Position numbers and translations under genes: made by a program. Below, one piece after another: positions 46,452 to 60,032 of a stretch of DNA of 64,000 nt. The DNA comes from Schmidtea polychroa. Taxonomy: Eukaryota. How positions within the stretch are numbered: the first letter of the stretch is position 1; every line of letters begins with the position of its first letter. Under the pieces are notes generated by a model that was not told the DNA's origin, searched no databases, and worked only from the letters and a program-made list of their open reading frames with translations. Location: NCBI GenBank assembly GCA_044892525.1, contig CM097887.1:25358001-25422000 (forward strand), written 5' to 3'.

Positions 46452-49400
46452 TTTGAGATTCTCAAAGTTGCACTGGTGACTATATAAGGTCTATCAAATA
46501 TGAAAACAAAGTCTGGTTTGCAAATATTTATTTTGAAATACAAAATATTACCAATACAGATTCCGTTTAAAAAATGATTCCACTGAAAGATGGTTCGTGT
46601 TATATAAATTTTATATGTTGTGTATGCGTGTTATGTTGCTTGTAAAACCTTGAACATTTTTGTTATCGTACTGTTCTAAATTAGAACTTCTAATTTAAAA
46701 ACTAATAAGGATCTTTAGAAACGGTAAAATTTTTGGGCGACCACTACTGATTTCGGGTCGCTATTTATTTTATTTTTAAACGTGCTAACATATGCAAATT
46801 TTATTTATTTATTTAAATATTGACATATATCGTAAAATCGTTATTGAAGAATTTGTGTTTAATTAAATAAATGTTATTTTTTTATGAATTATGTTTTCCA
46901 TGTATAAAAGAATTAAATAAATAAATTTATATTTAATTATTGCGACAAATTATGTTTCCTTAAAAATTATTATTTAATTTACTTTTCATTTTCAACATTA
47001 AAATGTATTTGTTTATTTAAGTTTTTCAATGTTTATCCTCATTGCTCGAACCGAGTTGTTGCCAAATTCAATTTGTTCACTCGCGCCGAGCTGTTACATA
47101 CATATTTGAATTCGGCCCGAGCTGTTATTTATTTTATTTTAACTAAAAATTAAATCAAGAAAACTTAACTTATTTTTATTAAATTGATTTAAACAAAACT
47201 TATTATAATTTATATTTTGAAAAATCTTCCTTTTTACATATATAATTAATTGTTCATTATATATAATTAAGTGTTCACCGATAATAAATAAACCATCAAT
47301 AAATAAGATATAAAAATAGTAGTGACATTGATAATAAAACTACATCTTCGGTATTACCGGTATTACAAAATAAAAAACCGGTAATTACCGAAATTTATTA
47401 ATTTCGTTAAAAATGATATATTTTAAGTCCTATTTCTTTGCTGACTGGCATTTCATGGTCTACGTCTACATCAACACAAAACTGATGGGTGTACATTTCT
47501 ATGAAGCTTTTATATTTTATGACCTCCAATATATCTAATTTATCTGGACGGATTGGAGTCAACGAATGGCCGTCGGAAGTAATTCCGATACATTTGACGG
47601 CTCTTTTGAATAGCAGGTAAAAAAGGCCGGCCGGAAAGGCAAGATCTTTTTCGGTCTGTTTCTCCAAAAGAGTCGCCAAATTTATACAGTTTTGTTTTGA
47701 CATCCTTGCTGATCAGTAATACGCGCAGCATAAAAAGAATCGGTTCGTCAAGTTCGTCGAGATTTTTTCGTGTGAACATTATTATACACAATTCAACAAA
47801 AAATACATAAAAGTTTCGACGTTAAAAGTTTCTGTAAAAGGTAAGTTTTTAATTATTTTTTATTAATTATTTATTTTGTATCGAGTATATTTTTTTAAAT
47901 AAATAATTATTTTAGGGCACAATGAACGGAAAGAAAGAAACGCCATGGAAATACTTCAAACGAGAAAATACTGACAAATACGGGATACTGGCATATGCCA
48001 AATACAAGCTTGCAGTAAGCACATCAAAGCACCTGGTAGCAGTACTAGTGGATTACATTCCCATTTAAGAACCAAGCACAATATTAATTTATTAAAAAGA
48101 GACCATGATCACACCAATAACGATGCTGTTGTCAAAACATCGGAGACTATTCGTTCTGGTCAAATCACATCGTTTTTGCGGAAAAAAATCGACGACTCTT
48201 TGCCAGCTGTAATATCGAGTATGATCGCTGTAGATGGTCTTCCGTTTATTTCAATATGTAAATCATACGATATACGAAAGCTGCTTGAAAGAAAATACGA
48301 AAATATTCCAAATTCTCCAAGTGCCATACAAAATATTGTTATCAATTATGGAAAAAATGCCAAGAAAGAAGTAACAGATGAATTACTGTTCAGAAAGCGC
48401 TAGTTAATCAAATTCAGTTAAACTCTTGATGAGTGGACATCGATTAGAAATCGGAGATATTTAAATATCAATGTGCACGATGGCACAACTTTTTGGAACC
48501 TCGGCCTGAGCAGAATTCACGTGAAAATGCCAGCAGAAAAATGTGAAGAAATTTTGAGAAATAAATTGGAAAATTTTAACATATCTTTAAAAGATATCGT
48601 CGGCTGCACAACAGATGGTGCATCAGTAATGCGCAAATTTGGATCTAATTTAAATATTATTCACCAAAGAAAAATTATATAAAAAAATGCATCAAAATCT
48701 TGTTATAATGTGCGAAATGAAAGAGTAAATAAAAGCTCGAATTTACAAACTACGATTCGCAAAGAAATGAAAACTGAAAACAAGGAAAACAAACAGAAAT
48801 GGTTTACCAATATTTAAAAACCATTCGTCCTACTAGTGTAGAGTCTGAGAGAGCCTTTTCAGCCGCAGGATTAATTTGCACGAGAATAAGGTCTAGGTTA
48901 GCGGACGAAAGTTTAGATACATTGTGTTTTAAAAATCCTATTTTAATACAAAAAATATTGTAAATTAATTCATTCTATTTTTTTTCTGTTTCTTTTTATA
49001 AAATATTTTGATTTAATAAACATAATGTAAGGATTTCAATGTATGTATTGTAATAATGTAACAATTAGTTTTAATAAATTGTTTGACCTCCTCATTGTTA
49101 TTCAATTTTATCGATTAATAAAACATTTTTAAAAAAATTGTATTGTGTATCTTTTATAAAATTTAATAAGTTATGAAAGTAATTAAGAATTAACTAACGT
49201 AAATTATCAAATTAATTAATTATTAATAACCAATAGTTAACAAATTAATGATAAATGCAAAAATGGGGAGAATTAATAATAGAAGTTGAATAAAAGAAGA
49301 ATAAAATCGGTAATACCGGTATTGCAAAAGTCGGTATTTTTGGAATCCTTAATCACATATTATATACAAGTTAACGCGAGTTAATCAAATTGTTTATTGA

Positions 49401-49562
49401 ATAGATTTGGGATTGCATTGGACGGATTGGATTAGATTACCTGCTTCTGACATTTTTCTTTATTTATTTTCGGCATAAATACTGAGCCTGTATTTGTTAG
49501 CTCCTGTTTTATAATATTTTGTGAGTTCAAAATAAATTTTCGATGACTTTGTCACCCAAAAA
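46452..49562 (-). mobile_element. Family-2 LTR interrupted by a hAT insertion
   Basis: 46452-47200 is reverse-homologous to 56900-57670; the 5' part at 49400-49562 encodes FELTKYYKTGANKYRLSIYAEK*. Confidence 0.65.
47345..49351 (+). mobile_element. hAT (BED-finger, Ac/Hermes-like) element relic
   Basis: taccggta subterminal motifs at both ends; right terminus ...tttttggaatcctta. Transposase relic 47921-48940 has a BED finger, LDEWTS, TTDGASVM and PTSVESERAFSAAG. Confidence 0.82.
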
Positions 49563-49627
49563 ATACTATTTATAGTATAACCTTTACATATAACTACCAA
49601 AAATAGACTACGTCTATTTTTAGCATT

Positions 49628-49651
49628 ATATATATATATATATATATATTA
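49628..49651. repeat. (TA)n microsatellite
   Basis: Run of TA dinucleotides. Confidence 0.9.
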
Positions 49652-49788
49652 TTTTAAGTACTTGTTTTTAAACTTCTTTTGGTAATATTTATTTTAAGAC
49701 CAAGGGCCTAACCATTAACAATAATAATAATACAAATACTTTGTAAAAAATAATACAAATACTTTGTAAAAAATAATAAAAATAATTT

Positions 49789-49823
<35 letters not shown>

Positions 49824-51423
49824 TCTAATGTTAACATTTACTTAGGTAAATTGAAGTGGAACACATCGAGCGCAGAGTAATGTCACCGAAGAAAATTGCA
49901 GACAAAATGAGTATTGAATGTCGTATGTCCACGTGTCAAGTGATAAATGGATTGAGTGCATCATATTCGGAACCAAGGGGTATGGTCGCTGGGTAAGCTT
50001 TGATATCAATGATTTAAAATTCGTTTATATTTTCATTCGATTTTTATTAGTAATTCATTATTCATATTTTTATTTAAAATAAATATCGGTTGACCCGTCT
50101 ATTACGGCCGTCTGGGGATTGTGGGCATTCATGCTAGTAGTCTCCAGGTGAATCGTGGTAGGTGGCGATACCAAGAGGTCATTCAATTTTGATAATAATC
50201 TGTTGAAACGAGCGGGGTATCATCACCGAGTAGCAACACGACTAAATATTTCAGTCGAAAGAATTTCCATATGACGATCAGATTTTAGTTCCAACGTTTC
50301 GGACCTAGAGAATTTCCATGCGATAGACAGATTTCGGAGACTTCGTTTTGTTCCTACTTTTGAACTTCAAGCCGAGATTTTCGACACTCTTTCATACGGC
50401 GATTAGAGCATTTTCACACCATCTCGCAAGCAATTCAATTTTCGTTTAGAATCGTCAGCTTTGCTTTCTAGCGTATCTCCACTTTCTCGTGAATCACTCT
50501 ACGAGGTAGTCATAGTAATGGAAGATCGACAATGTCCATATAGATTATGGGTACCTTTCAAATCGTAATTTTATCGATTTCCAGTGAATATTGCTCGGTA
50601 CTAAACATCCGGTCACTTAAGCATTAACGTCTTCTCGTAAGAAATACCCTTTGATCAAACAATTCCACTACGTTCGTCAACGTCGATTTGTACAAAGCTA
50701 ATTTGATTTTATTCACATAAATATCCTGAATTGCATCGACAATAGTATTCGATTTTGTTTATAATCATTTATTGTCCGAAGAATAATTATCACTAAGCGT
50801 ATACATCTATATGAGGCATCAATGTTAATATAAACATAATCCACCAGAACTAGATGTCAGTCAGTCATAATTGTCAACAATATTTACCATTTTGAATTCG
50901 AGAAAATAAACATCGCTTTAAACTGTTTATTAGATTTGATAGTAAAGTAAATATACAGACTGTGATAATTAATGCGCTGGGGAATTTTGAATTCAAAGTA
51001 AGTGAGATGTAAAAGAGAAAATTAATAAAAATTTGGGAATGAATTTCCTAAAAATCAAGACAACGGGTAATAATTAAAGAAATTCTACATTTTCCCGAAA
51101 CCGTAATACATTAGCGAGATAAAAAACTTTTTTTATTTTTTTTGTGTGTAAACATATCCTGAATTATCCTTAATCATTTATACACTAGATAATTTAAACA
51201 TGGGTTTTGTGTAATTAAAGATAAACTTACAACGTTTTTGATCAAATCCTACCCTTAATAGCTTCAATGAAACCGGTATATACCCAATTCACGTACGATA
51301 GAGACAAATGAAGTACCTATCTTAAAAATAAATCTGAGAGATGAAGTTGATTGAGTAGCGCAAGTGGCGAGTGATTCCGGAATGTGCTAATGCAGTTTTT
51401 TTGATTTGTAATTACATTATTAA

Positions 51424-52731
51424 CCTTCATCCATCCCTCGGGTCTTTTTCGACCCGAAGCGATTTTGTTTTGCAAATATATCATAAAATATTAATACTAC
51501 ATATCTGTAATTTCGTGACTTTGATTTTGTTGATATGATAAACTAATTTTGGAAAAGAAAAAAAAATATGATACCTGGATTATCTCTTGTAAAAAAAGTA
51601 ACACTCCAGTCCCTCGGGTCGAAAATGACCCAAGTGCATTTTTGAAATTTGAAATTTTTAGAATTCGCGGCGCAAACGGATGTTTTTATCACCTTCTAAG
51701 AAGTACTCTTTTCTAAGAAGTAATTTTTCAACAAAATTTGACTGTATAGTTTTCAACAGTCGACTCAAAGACGCGGACGAGTGTGCATCAATAATATTTG
51801 TGCTACCCGTTTCATCACTTCTCGTTTTTATTGAATTTTTTGCTGGCAAAATTTCAAAAAAATTACATACGTTATAACCTTGGTAAGTGTTTATTTGAAA
51901 GAAAAAACGTTTCCATTATTTTATTACCCTTACTTACTATTTTGTGTAGAATTATCATCATGTCAAGACGAATTGAATATGAAGAAGATAATTTACTTGA
52001 ATTTTCATCGGGAAATGATACCTGCTCAGAGACATCAGATCATATTGAATAATTGATTGAAACTTCTGATAGGGACATAGATGATGTACATTCTGGATCT
52101 ATACCATATCTTTCTAAGGATAAAAGTATTGAATGGCAATCAGAGCCCTTTATTCAACATGGCCGTCAATCATCATCAAACGTGATTAGAATTACCCCTG
52201 GAATCACAAGATATGCCATTTCTCGCATATCAACATAACTCTCTGTATTTCAATTATTGTTTACAAATTCTATAGAAACTATTATTATTCAAAATACCAA
52301 TTTGGAAGGAAATCGCGTATATAAAAAGGATTGGAAAAATATTGATATTATCAATATTATCAATTATTGGACTTTTATTGTTAGCTGGTGTATATAAATC
52401 GAATAATGAGGCTTTGGAAAATTTATGGCATGAAACAAAGGGTCGACATATATTCAGAGCTACTATGTCACTAAAACAATTCAAAATTATATTAAAAGTC
52501 ATTCTATTTGATGATCGTAGTACACGAGCTGCTAGAAGAAATACTGACAAATTAGTTCCAATTCGAGAACTGTGGAATAAATGGGTCGAAATATTACCAC
52601 ATCTTTATAATCCGAACGAAAATATAACAATCGATGAGCAATTGGTTCCATACCGCGGAAAATGTTCATTTCGACAATACATTCCAAAGAAGCCGGCTAA
52701 ATATGGGATTAAATTTTGGGTGCTGTGCGAT
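51424..52731 (+). mobile_element. piggyBac (PGBD4-like) relic, 3'-truncated
   Basis: TTAA followed by CCTTC..CGGGTC..GACCCG. From 51960, ORF with stops reads FRATMS, TIDEQLVPYRGKCSFRQYIPKKPAKYGIKFWVLCD. Confidence 0.88.
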
Positions 52732-52779
52732 TACTCATTTTTCTTTAGTTTTACATTATTAAAACCGTTCAATTTGCAG

Positions 52780-53180
52780 ATGAAGCCAAGTACGAGCAAA
52801 AACCAATTGATTGAAAGTGAACATCGTTTGTTTCAAGAAAAATGGGAGATTAAATATTTTTTCATTCAAGAAAACGGCAAAATATTCTACTTAATATGTC
52901 GATAGAATGTTTCAGTGTGTAAGGAGTATAATATGAAAAGGCATTACGATCGTTGGAAAAATATGTGAGGAAAAGTTGTTCGGATTAAAGGCAATTCTTG
53001 GAAAACAACAAAGCATTTTCACTAAACCAGTCGCAGAAAATTTGGCCACCCTAAAAGCCAGTTATCGCTTATCTCATGAAATTGCAAAAAAATGAAAACC
53101 ATTCATGGAATGGGAATTCATTAGTGAATGTTTAATAATAGTAGTTGAAAAGTTATGCCCGGATATTATAAATAAATTAA
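52780..53180 (+). pseudogene. hAT GTF2IRD2/SPIN-like transposase N-terminal relic
   Basis: EHRLFQEKWEIKYFF..LIC..KEYNMKRHY..ASYRLSHEIAK..KPF..EFI..CL. Confidence 0.78.
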
Positions 53181-54303
53181 AATGTAATTTATTGTATACA
53201 GAATTTACTAATAATTGACTATCTGCAGAAACAATAAGTTGACATGTTTTTGCTATACAATGGATATACTTCTGTTTGTTAAAGTTTTTTTCACTTTTTG
53301 TGTAAAATTAGTTATTTTATATTTATTAGTTATATTATTATTTTAAAAATATCAAATAAAGATTTTATTTTAATATAAATATAATTATAAAATATATTTA
53401 TGTTAACAACACCCTTAATATTAAATGTAATATTATTGAAAACTTACATTGAACAAGATTTGCTTGTATTTAGATCTATTAATTAGCGAAAGAATCGTTT
53501 TTTCACCGGTACTGAATTTTGTCAAGAATAAACCATTTGTAGGGGTACTTAGCCACCATATGTTTCGTTCCCTTACGGTCAATGCACCCAAATGAACTAA
53601 TTTACTGAAAAATCTGAGTATGGTTTAATTCGAAAATACACAAACCTAATATCAGTGTCCGTAAATGTACTTATTAGTTCTGATTTACCTAAACTCAGTG
53701 TACCGATTTCTTTGATAAAAGCGATAAAACGATCTAAAATTTTATTTCATTTTAAAAATTAAATATTAAAATGTGAATTTATTTATAATTAATTTAAATT
53801 CTCATAGTTCCATTTTAACCATCAAGTGCTGATTATAATTTCATAAAGCGTCACAATGAGTCAATTTTACAATAAAAATAAAATTAAAGATTTAATTGTG
53901 ATTTATTATTGTGATTCATTCTCTGCTGCACCTGTATTAATTTTCAAATTTAAATTGAAAAATAAATAGAGAGTGAGATAAATCTGAATTTCGCAAATGA
54001 GAATCATAAGCGACGATTCGAATCTATCCGCAACTCGCATCTAAAGGGTTAAATTACAAATTGACAGATTAACAAAAAATATTCTTTAAAATTATTTTTA
54101 AATAATAGGATTTTGCTTAACTATTGCCGCACTGAATGACCAGAATATATATTTTATTTAATTTTTCCAAATTGCAAGGCCATCAAATTTTATGTACTTC
54201 TCGTCAAAACCTTTATTATTCAAATAATACCATTACTAAATAAAAAAATTTACCAATTTCAACAAAAATAATTATTGTATATGAAACAAAACACCGTAAC
54301 GTA

Positions 54304-55332
54304 CATGGCACCCGCTGAAGGGGAAAGGAGTGGGGCAGTTGTCTTTAATTGGGGCTTTTTTATTAAATTCATTTAAAATAATCGAAATAAAAATTGATAA
54401 TTAATAGTGGATCATAAACAAACGTGAATTTATGGTTTTTAATGTGACAATTTATCAATTTTTAATCGATTATCATTTCATTTTTTCATGAGCATTTTGA
54501 CTTCAATTTGATTTCTACACGAAATAACTTCTATAATCTGTTTAAAATATTTTCTGTCAATTACGATAATATCTAAAATGATTTTTGACATTTTTTTGCA
54601 TTTAAGTTTTTAATAAAAACTTAAAATATATATTGTTTAAAACACTTGATGAATTATTTTAATGAATTTTTTTTGAAGACTTCATAATAAAGTAATATTA
54701 ATAAACTAATATTAATAAAGAAATATTATAAAGTAATATTATTATTATAGCAATGATTTAATAATGGATATTCCAAAAATTTTCAATAATCAGAGTGAAG
54801 GAAATCAGGTTGTAAGTGCATCGATAGTTAGCTTAGATAAATAAAACGGAAACCATCATAATTCATAAAAACAAGTGGTTCCCGACAGTGAAAGTACATC
54901 AACAACAATAGAATATCAGGATTTAGATAAAGGCAATTTTTTGGACATGGATAAAGTTTTATCAAGCGAAACTCAGTACAAAGCATGGACAAAGCCTTGG
55001 ATACCAATTAAAGATTATGATTTTAAAGCAGATGGCGAGTTTCTCGTCATCAATGATTAACTGAGTATCCTTTTATTTCTTATTCACACAAAGAAAAAGG
55101 AATATTATGCCGATCATCCATTTTATTCAAACCACATGTTGAAATAGGTTTTTATTACACTTTTATTGTAAAAGAGTTTAATCAAGATATTGACTTTCAT
55201 GAAAGAATCAAAACGCAAAATCAAAAGATTCGAAACACTCATCCAAACATTTCAATTTCAAATTTTTGTTTATTTCTCCTAATTTTATGATTTTTGCACC
55301 CCCCCATGGGAAAGTTCCCTCGGGCGCCCAAG
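54304..55332 (+). mobile_element. Internally deleted hAT element
   Basis: Degenerate TIRs CATGGCACCCG / CGGGCGCCCAAG; TSD gtaacgta/gtcgcgta (6/8); internal PWIPIKDYDF resembles a ZMYM/TTF-type transposase N-terminus. Confidence 0.5.
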
Positions 55333-55399
55333 GTCGCGTATGAGGCTTCGACGCAACATTTCAACGCCTCAAGGAACATACTCTGAAAATCAATAAGAA

Positions 55400-55680
55400 C
55401 AAAATAGCATATCTGGACGATATACTGATAGAGGATCCAAACAAATCTATCCATTTAAGAGATATTGGAAAGGCATTCGAAACATTGTAGACATCAAACC
55501 TGAAAATCAATATCCAAAAATGCGAATTTTTAAAAAAAATGAAATAAACTTTCTTGGGCACACTCTGGACGAAAAAGGCACAAACCCAATCGAGAAAAAA
55601 ACTCCATTCAACAATTTAAGCTACCAAACACAAACAAACTACCAAACTTGTGCGATTTCTGGGAATGGAAAACTTTTGAC
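55400..55680 (+). pseudogene. Ty3/Gypsy reverse transcriptase relic
   Basis: AYLDDILI..LKINIQKCEF..NFLGH..RFLGM, with stops and frameshifts. Confidence 0.8.
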
Positions 55681-56589
55681 TATGAATCGGTAAATATACT
55701 GATGTTTTTTTGATATATTTACTGCAATCTTTTTAATAACTAAAATGTCAATGGAAAAGAAATCAGTGGTGAAATTTGAAAAGTTCTTATAATAATATTA
55801 TTATTATTGTTATTATTGAATAATTATCGTTGCTCTTGTTGTTACTATAATTCAAATTATGATTACTATCATTTGAATCACTGTCATTATTATTATTAAA
55901 CTACAAGCAATATTATTGTTACGATAACCATGATTATTTAGTATTACCATTGTCATCGTTGATACTATTAATGTTCAAATCATAATCATTATCATTAATA
56001 TTCTGAAATTTAAGCATGAACAATTAGGTAATATTTTAAATTATAATTATTTAAAATATAAAAGTTAAAATTTTATTTTAACTAAATTTATAATTTATTT
56101 AAAATATTTAAGCATTTCATTATGTAAAAAATCATATTTATTCTTAGAATTTGACAAATGAACTTCTAAACATTAAAATTCAATATTTTTAAATATTTCC
56201 AATTTTTAATTAGCCAAGTATTTCTTTTAAAACTGTTATACTATGTTAAATGTTAAAACTTATTTATTGATTTCAATTTTTGCTTAATAAATATTGTTTC
56301 GGCCGATCATTTGTGGGTGCGCATTTTGAGGTGCCTTTTTTTTGTGCATGTATTGAACCCAAGCGGGATTGGCAGAACGTGTTTGCTCTTTCTTTTGTGT
56401 GCTTGCGTCTGTGTACACGTTTGTAGTTCTTTGATTTTTATTCACGTCTGTGTGCGCGTTTGTTCTGAGATTTTTATTTTAATTCAAATTATCTTTATGT
56501 GGATTCGTTCATATTTTTGTTACTTGCTTTTGATATAATAAAATTTAATTAATAGAAAAAAAATAAATTGCTAATAATAATAACAATAA

Positions 56590-57673
56590 TGTTGGATGGC
56601 AGAGGCAGGAGCATTAAAAACTTTGAGCTTACAAAATACTACAGAACTGGAGCCAATAAATACCGGGTCAACATTTATGCCGAATGTAGATGAAGATGGC
56701 AGAAATAGTCCAATCCAATCCAAGCTACCCAATGAGAACCCAAATACATGTAATAAACAATTTTGACGAATCTGTGCTAATCCATATATGAACGATTTAT
56801 TTTTGATGAATCTGTGTTAATGTATATATGAATAATTTATATATTTTTTGGTGGTGATGTGTATGTTCCGATTTGTATGTATACTTAATTATATATTTTT
56901 GTCTTACACTTAATTAAATATGTAAAAATAAGGTAAACATAAATCATTGAGGTAAACAACAGCTCAGGCCAAATACAACTAACAACAGCTTGGCCCGAGC
57001 AAACAAAATAGCTCGACATGAGCAAATAATAAAAAATTAATAATTATGATCTTTATTTTAGAAATAATTTTTTTAGGAAATATAATTTTATAATAAAATA
57101 TAATAATTGAAATATTATTTGAAATAAAAATACAATTCTAGTATATAATTTTAGAAATAATTTTAGAATATAATTTTATAATAATTGAAATATTATTTTA
57201 TAAAAGTGTAATATTTGAAATAAAAATACAATTTTAACATAAAACATATAATTCGTAATATTGGAAATATTTTAATAATAACATGGTTAAAATAAATAAA
57301 TAAATAAAATTTCCATACACCAGCGCGATGAAAAATTAATATAAATAGCGACCCAAAATCAGTAGTGGTCGCCCAAAAAATTTTACCGTTCTTAGCAAAC
57401 TAAAAAGGGTAGATCCTAATTAGTTTTCAAAATCGAACAGACATAAAGAAACGTTCAAAACTTCTGCAATCATACACAACACGCATATACAACATACAAC
57501 ACCTACATAACACGCATCATTTTTTCAGTGGAATCATTTTATTTGGAAAATTTGTTTTGGTAATATTTTATATTTCAATAAATATTCATTAACCCGACTT
57601 CGTTTTTATATTTTGATAGACCTATATAGTAGCCAGTGCAACGTTGAAAATCTCAAATACTGAGACCTCAACA
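56590..57673 (+). mobile_element. Solo LTR (family 2)
   Basis: TGTTG...CTCAACA ends; TSD ATAA (56586-56589, 57674-57677); begins with ORF tail LDGRGRSIKNFELTKYYRTGANKYRVNIYAECR* followed by CCAAT repeats. Confidence 0.8.
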
Positions 57674-59499
57674 ATAATAATGTTTCGGCCGATCTGTTGT
57701 GTGACTCATTTAGTGTGTGTGTGCTTGATGGATAGTTGTTTTTTCTATAGATTATTCTGATTGGATAATTCAGTTTTGGATCGATAAATCGAATTTTGTT
57801 GGAAATTTATTTTTGATTTTCGAATTTTTATTTTTTATGACTGATAAAAATAATAATTCAAATTCTAGAATTTTCTCAATTATAAATTTAAAATGAATAT
57901 TTTTTGGGGAAAAGGATAAATCAATTTTCATATTAATTCATATAGCAGAAACGTTAGTGAATAGAGAGAAAATAAAATCGATGAGGTGTAATATGAAACA
58001 TTCTTTTAGTGATTCGACCATTGACTCGTTGAACGGAAATAATATCAATTGAATTCACTGAGAAAGAGTGAAAAGCGTTCAGCTAATTTGTTCGAATCTC
58101 AATGGACAAGTTCAATCTAGTGAACATAAATCTAAGAATTTATTGAATTTCAACACAACTTATAAAGATTAGTGCCTGCTAAAACACTTTTTATATTAAA
58201 TTTAATATTAGATTGCATATTAAATTTATTTCGAGTGTAATTTGTTTGAATAATATATTGACTAATTACTAGCAGCAATAGACAAAATTCCACCATATTG
58301 AGATTTCACAGTAAATAACAAATTCCTCAGCAACAGCGTAAAAGCCAATTCAATGAACAACTTGAAACAGAATACAAACCAGCTAATGGATACAATCACA
58401 AATGACTATGCAAATTTTATTATCGAAGCTTTTAAATGAAATAAAATTAAAAAAAATAGTACATTATTGTTATTTATAATTTAAAAGCCATTTTAATTAT
58501 ATTCGAGCAGTATTATGCCCTTCTACTGGAGAATTCAAATTTGCCGGTGATTGTCGAGCTGCGTATGTGCTCACCTCGCCTTCACTAAGCAAGATTGCAT
58601 GCTTCAGTTTATTCATCGGCCACTGGGCCATCATATAAGTATTGTCATCAGTACAAATGATATTCTGATACATTCAAAAATTGCTCATTAAGATATTAAG
58701 CGTGACTTCGGGGTTTCTTCGAAAAGGTGGAAATTTAGAATTATTCGCTGACTTCAAGTTTTAATTTAGTACACATGTTACGAGTTTCCAATTACTTGCC
58801 TGACTATTTACGAACATGGCCTCTAGATTTATTGAATCAATTTATTAATCAATCAACGATTAATCAATCAATGATTATTTCAATGTGATTCCATTTTTTT
58901 GTTAATTTAGTTTTAATTTCTATATCCTTAGTTGGTTTAATTTTGTCGAAAACTAATGATTGGTTTTAGATAACAAAATGGATACACCGGATTATCACTT
59001 ATCAAATAAGTGTGGACCGATATTTTTATGTTTGGTTTCGCCAAAATATTGAAAACAATGGGAGTTTTTCTGAGTTATGTCTTGAAAATTTTTACTGCTA
59101 TCATTATTTTGTTTTGATACAGTTTCATAATTTCTGGTGTTTTAATTATTTTACCAAAACCATTTAATTCAGGGTCCAAATTGAAAACGCATCAAGTAGA
59201 GTAAAGAAATTTAGATATTAATTCTGCTTAGCATGATTCTTATACTAATTGAAATATAAACTTGGTGTTATTTATGGCAGTGTATTATTATTCTTTCAGA
59301 TGAGAACAAATTTTAAAAGATCGATGAATAACAATTTCTAATTCTATTCAGCATGGACCTATTATCGCTTGACCTAGATCACTTCCAGCGCAACAAAAAG
59401 GATTTTTAAATCACTGCCAATGTATTCAAACATACTCATTATTACCAAAGATCAAAACAAAACGCATTTCAACTACTGCTAATGATTTATTAAAACTAA

Positions 59500-60032
59500 C
59501 AAATGGTACCACAACTCCTGGAACTTGCAGGGTCACCCGCACTTCCGAGACGGGAAATTTCTATTTTCCTATCCTGGAACTCGGCCAAACTCCGAATCCA
59601 CTCTTCATCATAGACGCTCAGATGTTCTCCGTCCGTATCTTCGATTATGCCGGCTTTGATCTTCTGTTCGACCCGGGCGAGGGCCTGTCTGACTTCGTAA
59701 CGCGCTTACATGCGGGCCTCTCAAGCTGGATTCAGTGTTGGCTCCCTCTTGAGCACTATCATTGGCCGTTCGTCCACCACTGTCGCCTTGTCATGATGAA
59801 CTCTGTCGTACGATCCATTGGCCTCCAGCCGAAAGTCATTATTCCAAGATCGAATTTTTGTCCATAGCCATTCGCGCTGAGGAATGGAGATTCCTGGGCG
59901 AATGATGGATTCAACAGCTTGTCGGGCAGTCTTACGCTCCGTTTGTGACTCCCAGTATCGTCTTCCTTGAGATGGGCCGGTTTCGTCTTCCAATATCCTG
60001 GGTTCAGATTTCAGTTTACTAACTCTTGGCAT
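59500..60032 (-). pseudogene. Unidentified GC-rich coding relic (~175 codons, two stops)
   Basis: The 103-aa ORF continues in frame past two stops (PA*EARM*ARYEVRQALARVEQKIKAG...); GC clearly above background. Confidence 0.45.

Noticed and set aside
54010-54052. piggyBac right end AAAGGG-TTAA as partner of the 51424 element
   Set aside because: Does not match the left TIR; probably a different family.
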